Shown: piece by piece, positions 63,554 to 64,000 of the stretch
Numbering within the stretch: the first letter of the stretch is position 1
How the letters are laid out: every line of letters starts with the position of its first letter
Origin: Psilocybe cubensis
Lineage: Eukaryota
DNA: 64,000 nt
Reading direction: 5' to 3'
Assembly (NCBI GenBank): GCA_017499595.2
Contig: CM039009.1
Location: 496,001 to 560,000 of the forward strand
Notes under the pieces: model-generated
Database searches by the model: none
What the model was told of the DNA's origin: nothing
Seen by the model: the letters and a program-made list of their open reading frames with translations, nothing else
Position numbers and translations under genes: made by a program

Positions 63554-64000
63554 TCATGAATCAAGGCCGAAAATCTTGGTTTTCTGGGAGTCAATGACTT
63601 CCCATTGAAGCACGAGGTTGTTTCGTCCCAAAGCAGGCACGCTGCATATCCAGCACACTTGTCCATCCTTCCCAAGGGCAGATACATCGTCACCTATACT
63701 CTCTGTTCTATTCCATTGGGCTATGATCTCGTCACCAACCTTCACACCAGGCGATATGCTGACAAGGCTGTTGCTTACATCCGTCTCTGGACCTGGCAGG
63801 TCAAGTGCTGGGTTGATAAGATTTACGACGAGGGCAGCGTCCTCGGAAACCGGAATGCGATCAATAACCTTAAGGCCTTTAATCGCGACAGACTTGCTAT
63901 TGTACACAGATATGCGTTGAGTATACAGATGCTTGACTGTTTTGTTGTAGAATCCAGATTCAGAAGTTATCTTCTCTTGTGGATGATACGTGACTCGAAT
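63554..64000 (-). CDS. DUF4139 / mucoidy-inhibitor-A-like protein, C-terminal part (5'-partial)
   Basis: IRVTYHPQEKITSESGFYNKTVKHLYTQRISVYNSKSVAIKGLKVIDRIPVSED...VCWICSVPA...LVLQWEV. Confidence 0.7.
   Translation of the reverse strand: MRVTYHPQEKITSESGFYNKTVKHLYTQRISVYNSKSVAIKGLKVIDRIPVSEDAALVVNLINPALDLPGPETDVSNSLVSISPGVKVGDEIIAQWNRTESIGDDVSALGKDGQVCWICSVPALGRNNLVLQWEVIDSQKTKIFGLDS

Overview
Gene-dense, intron-rich (about 50-60 nt GT-AG introns) eukaryotic DNA that looks like a mushroom-forming basidiomycete (Agaricomycetes; inferred from gene families and intron style). All gene models were spliced by eye, so internal exon boundaries and some starts are approximate. Housekeeping genes: a Fab1-like PI-phosphate kinase (partial), a cyclin-like gene, DIM1/DIB1, an SDR, MDP-1, a CYSTM protein, MON2, eIF3a, DPB4, a DUF4139 gene (partial), tRNA-Asp(GTC) and an intron-containing tRNA-Leu(CAA). 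Notable accessory content: (1) a ~10.5 kb array of eight diverged paralogous genes for small secreted, probably GPI-anchored proteins sharing a CFEM-like but non-canonical 8-Cys domain, two of which converge with stops 5 bp apart; (2) a stand-alone DNA polymerase delta N-terminal plus 3'-5' exonuclease gene with intact Exo I-III motifs, no polymerase domain and an apparent AT-AC intron; (3) a divergent xanthine dioxygenase / xanthine-urate permease pair next to a second 2OG-Fe(II) oxygenase and a signal-less DyP peroxidase; (4) a terpene-synthase-fold gene lacking its metal-binding motifs; (5) two same-strand genes only 28 bp apart, a candidate bicistronic unit. No transposon, CRISPR or rRNA was recognised.
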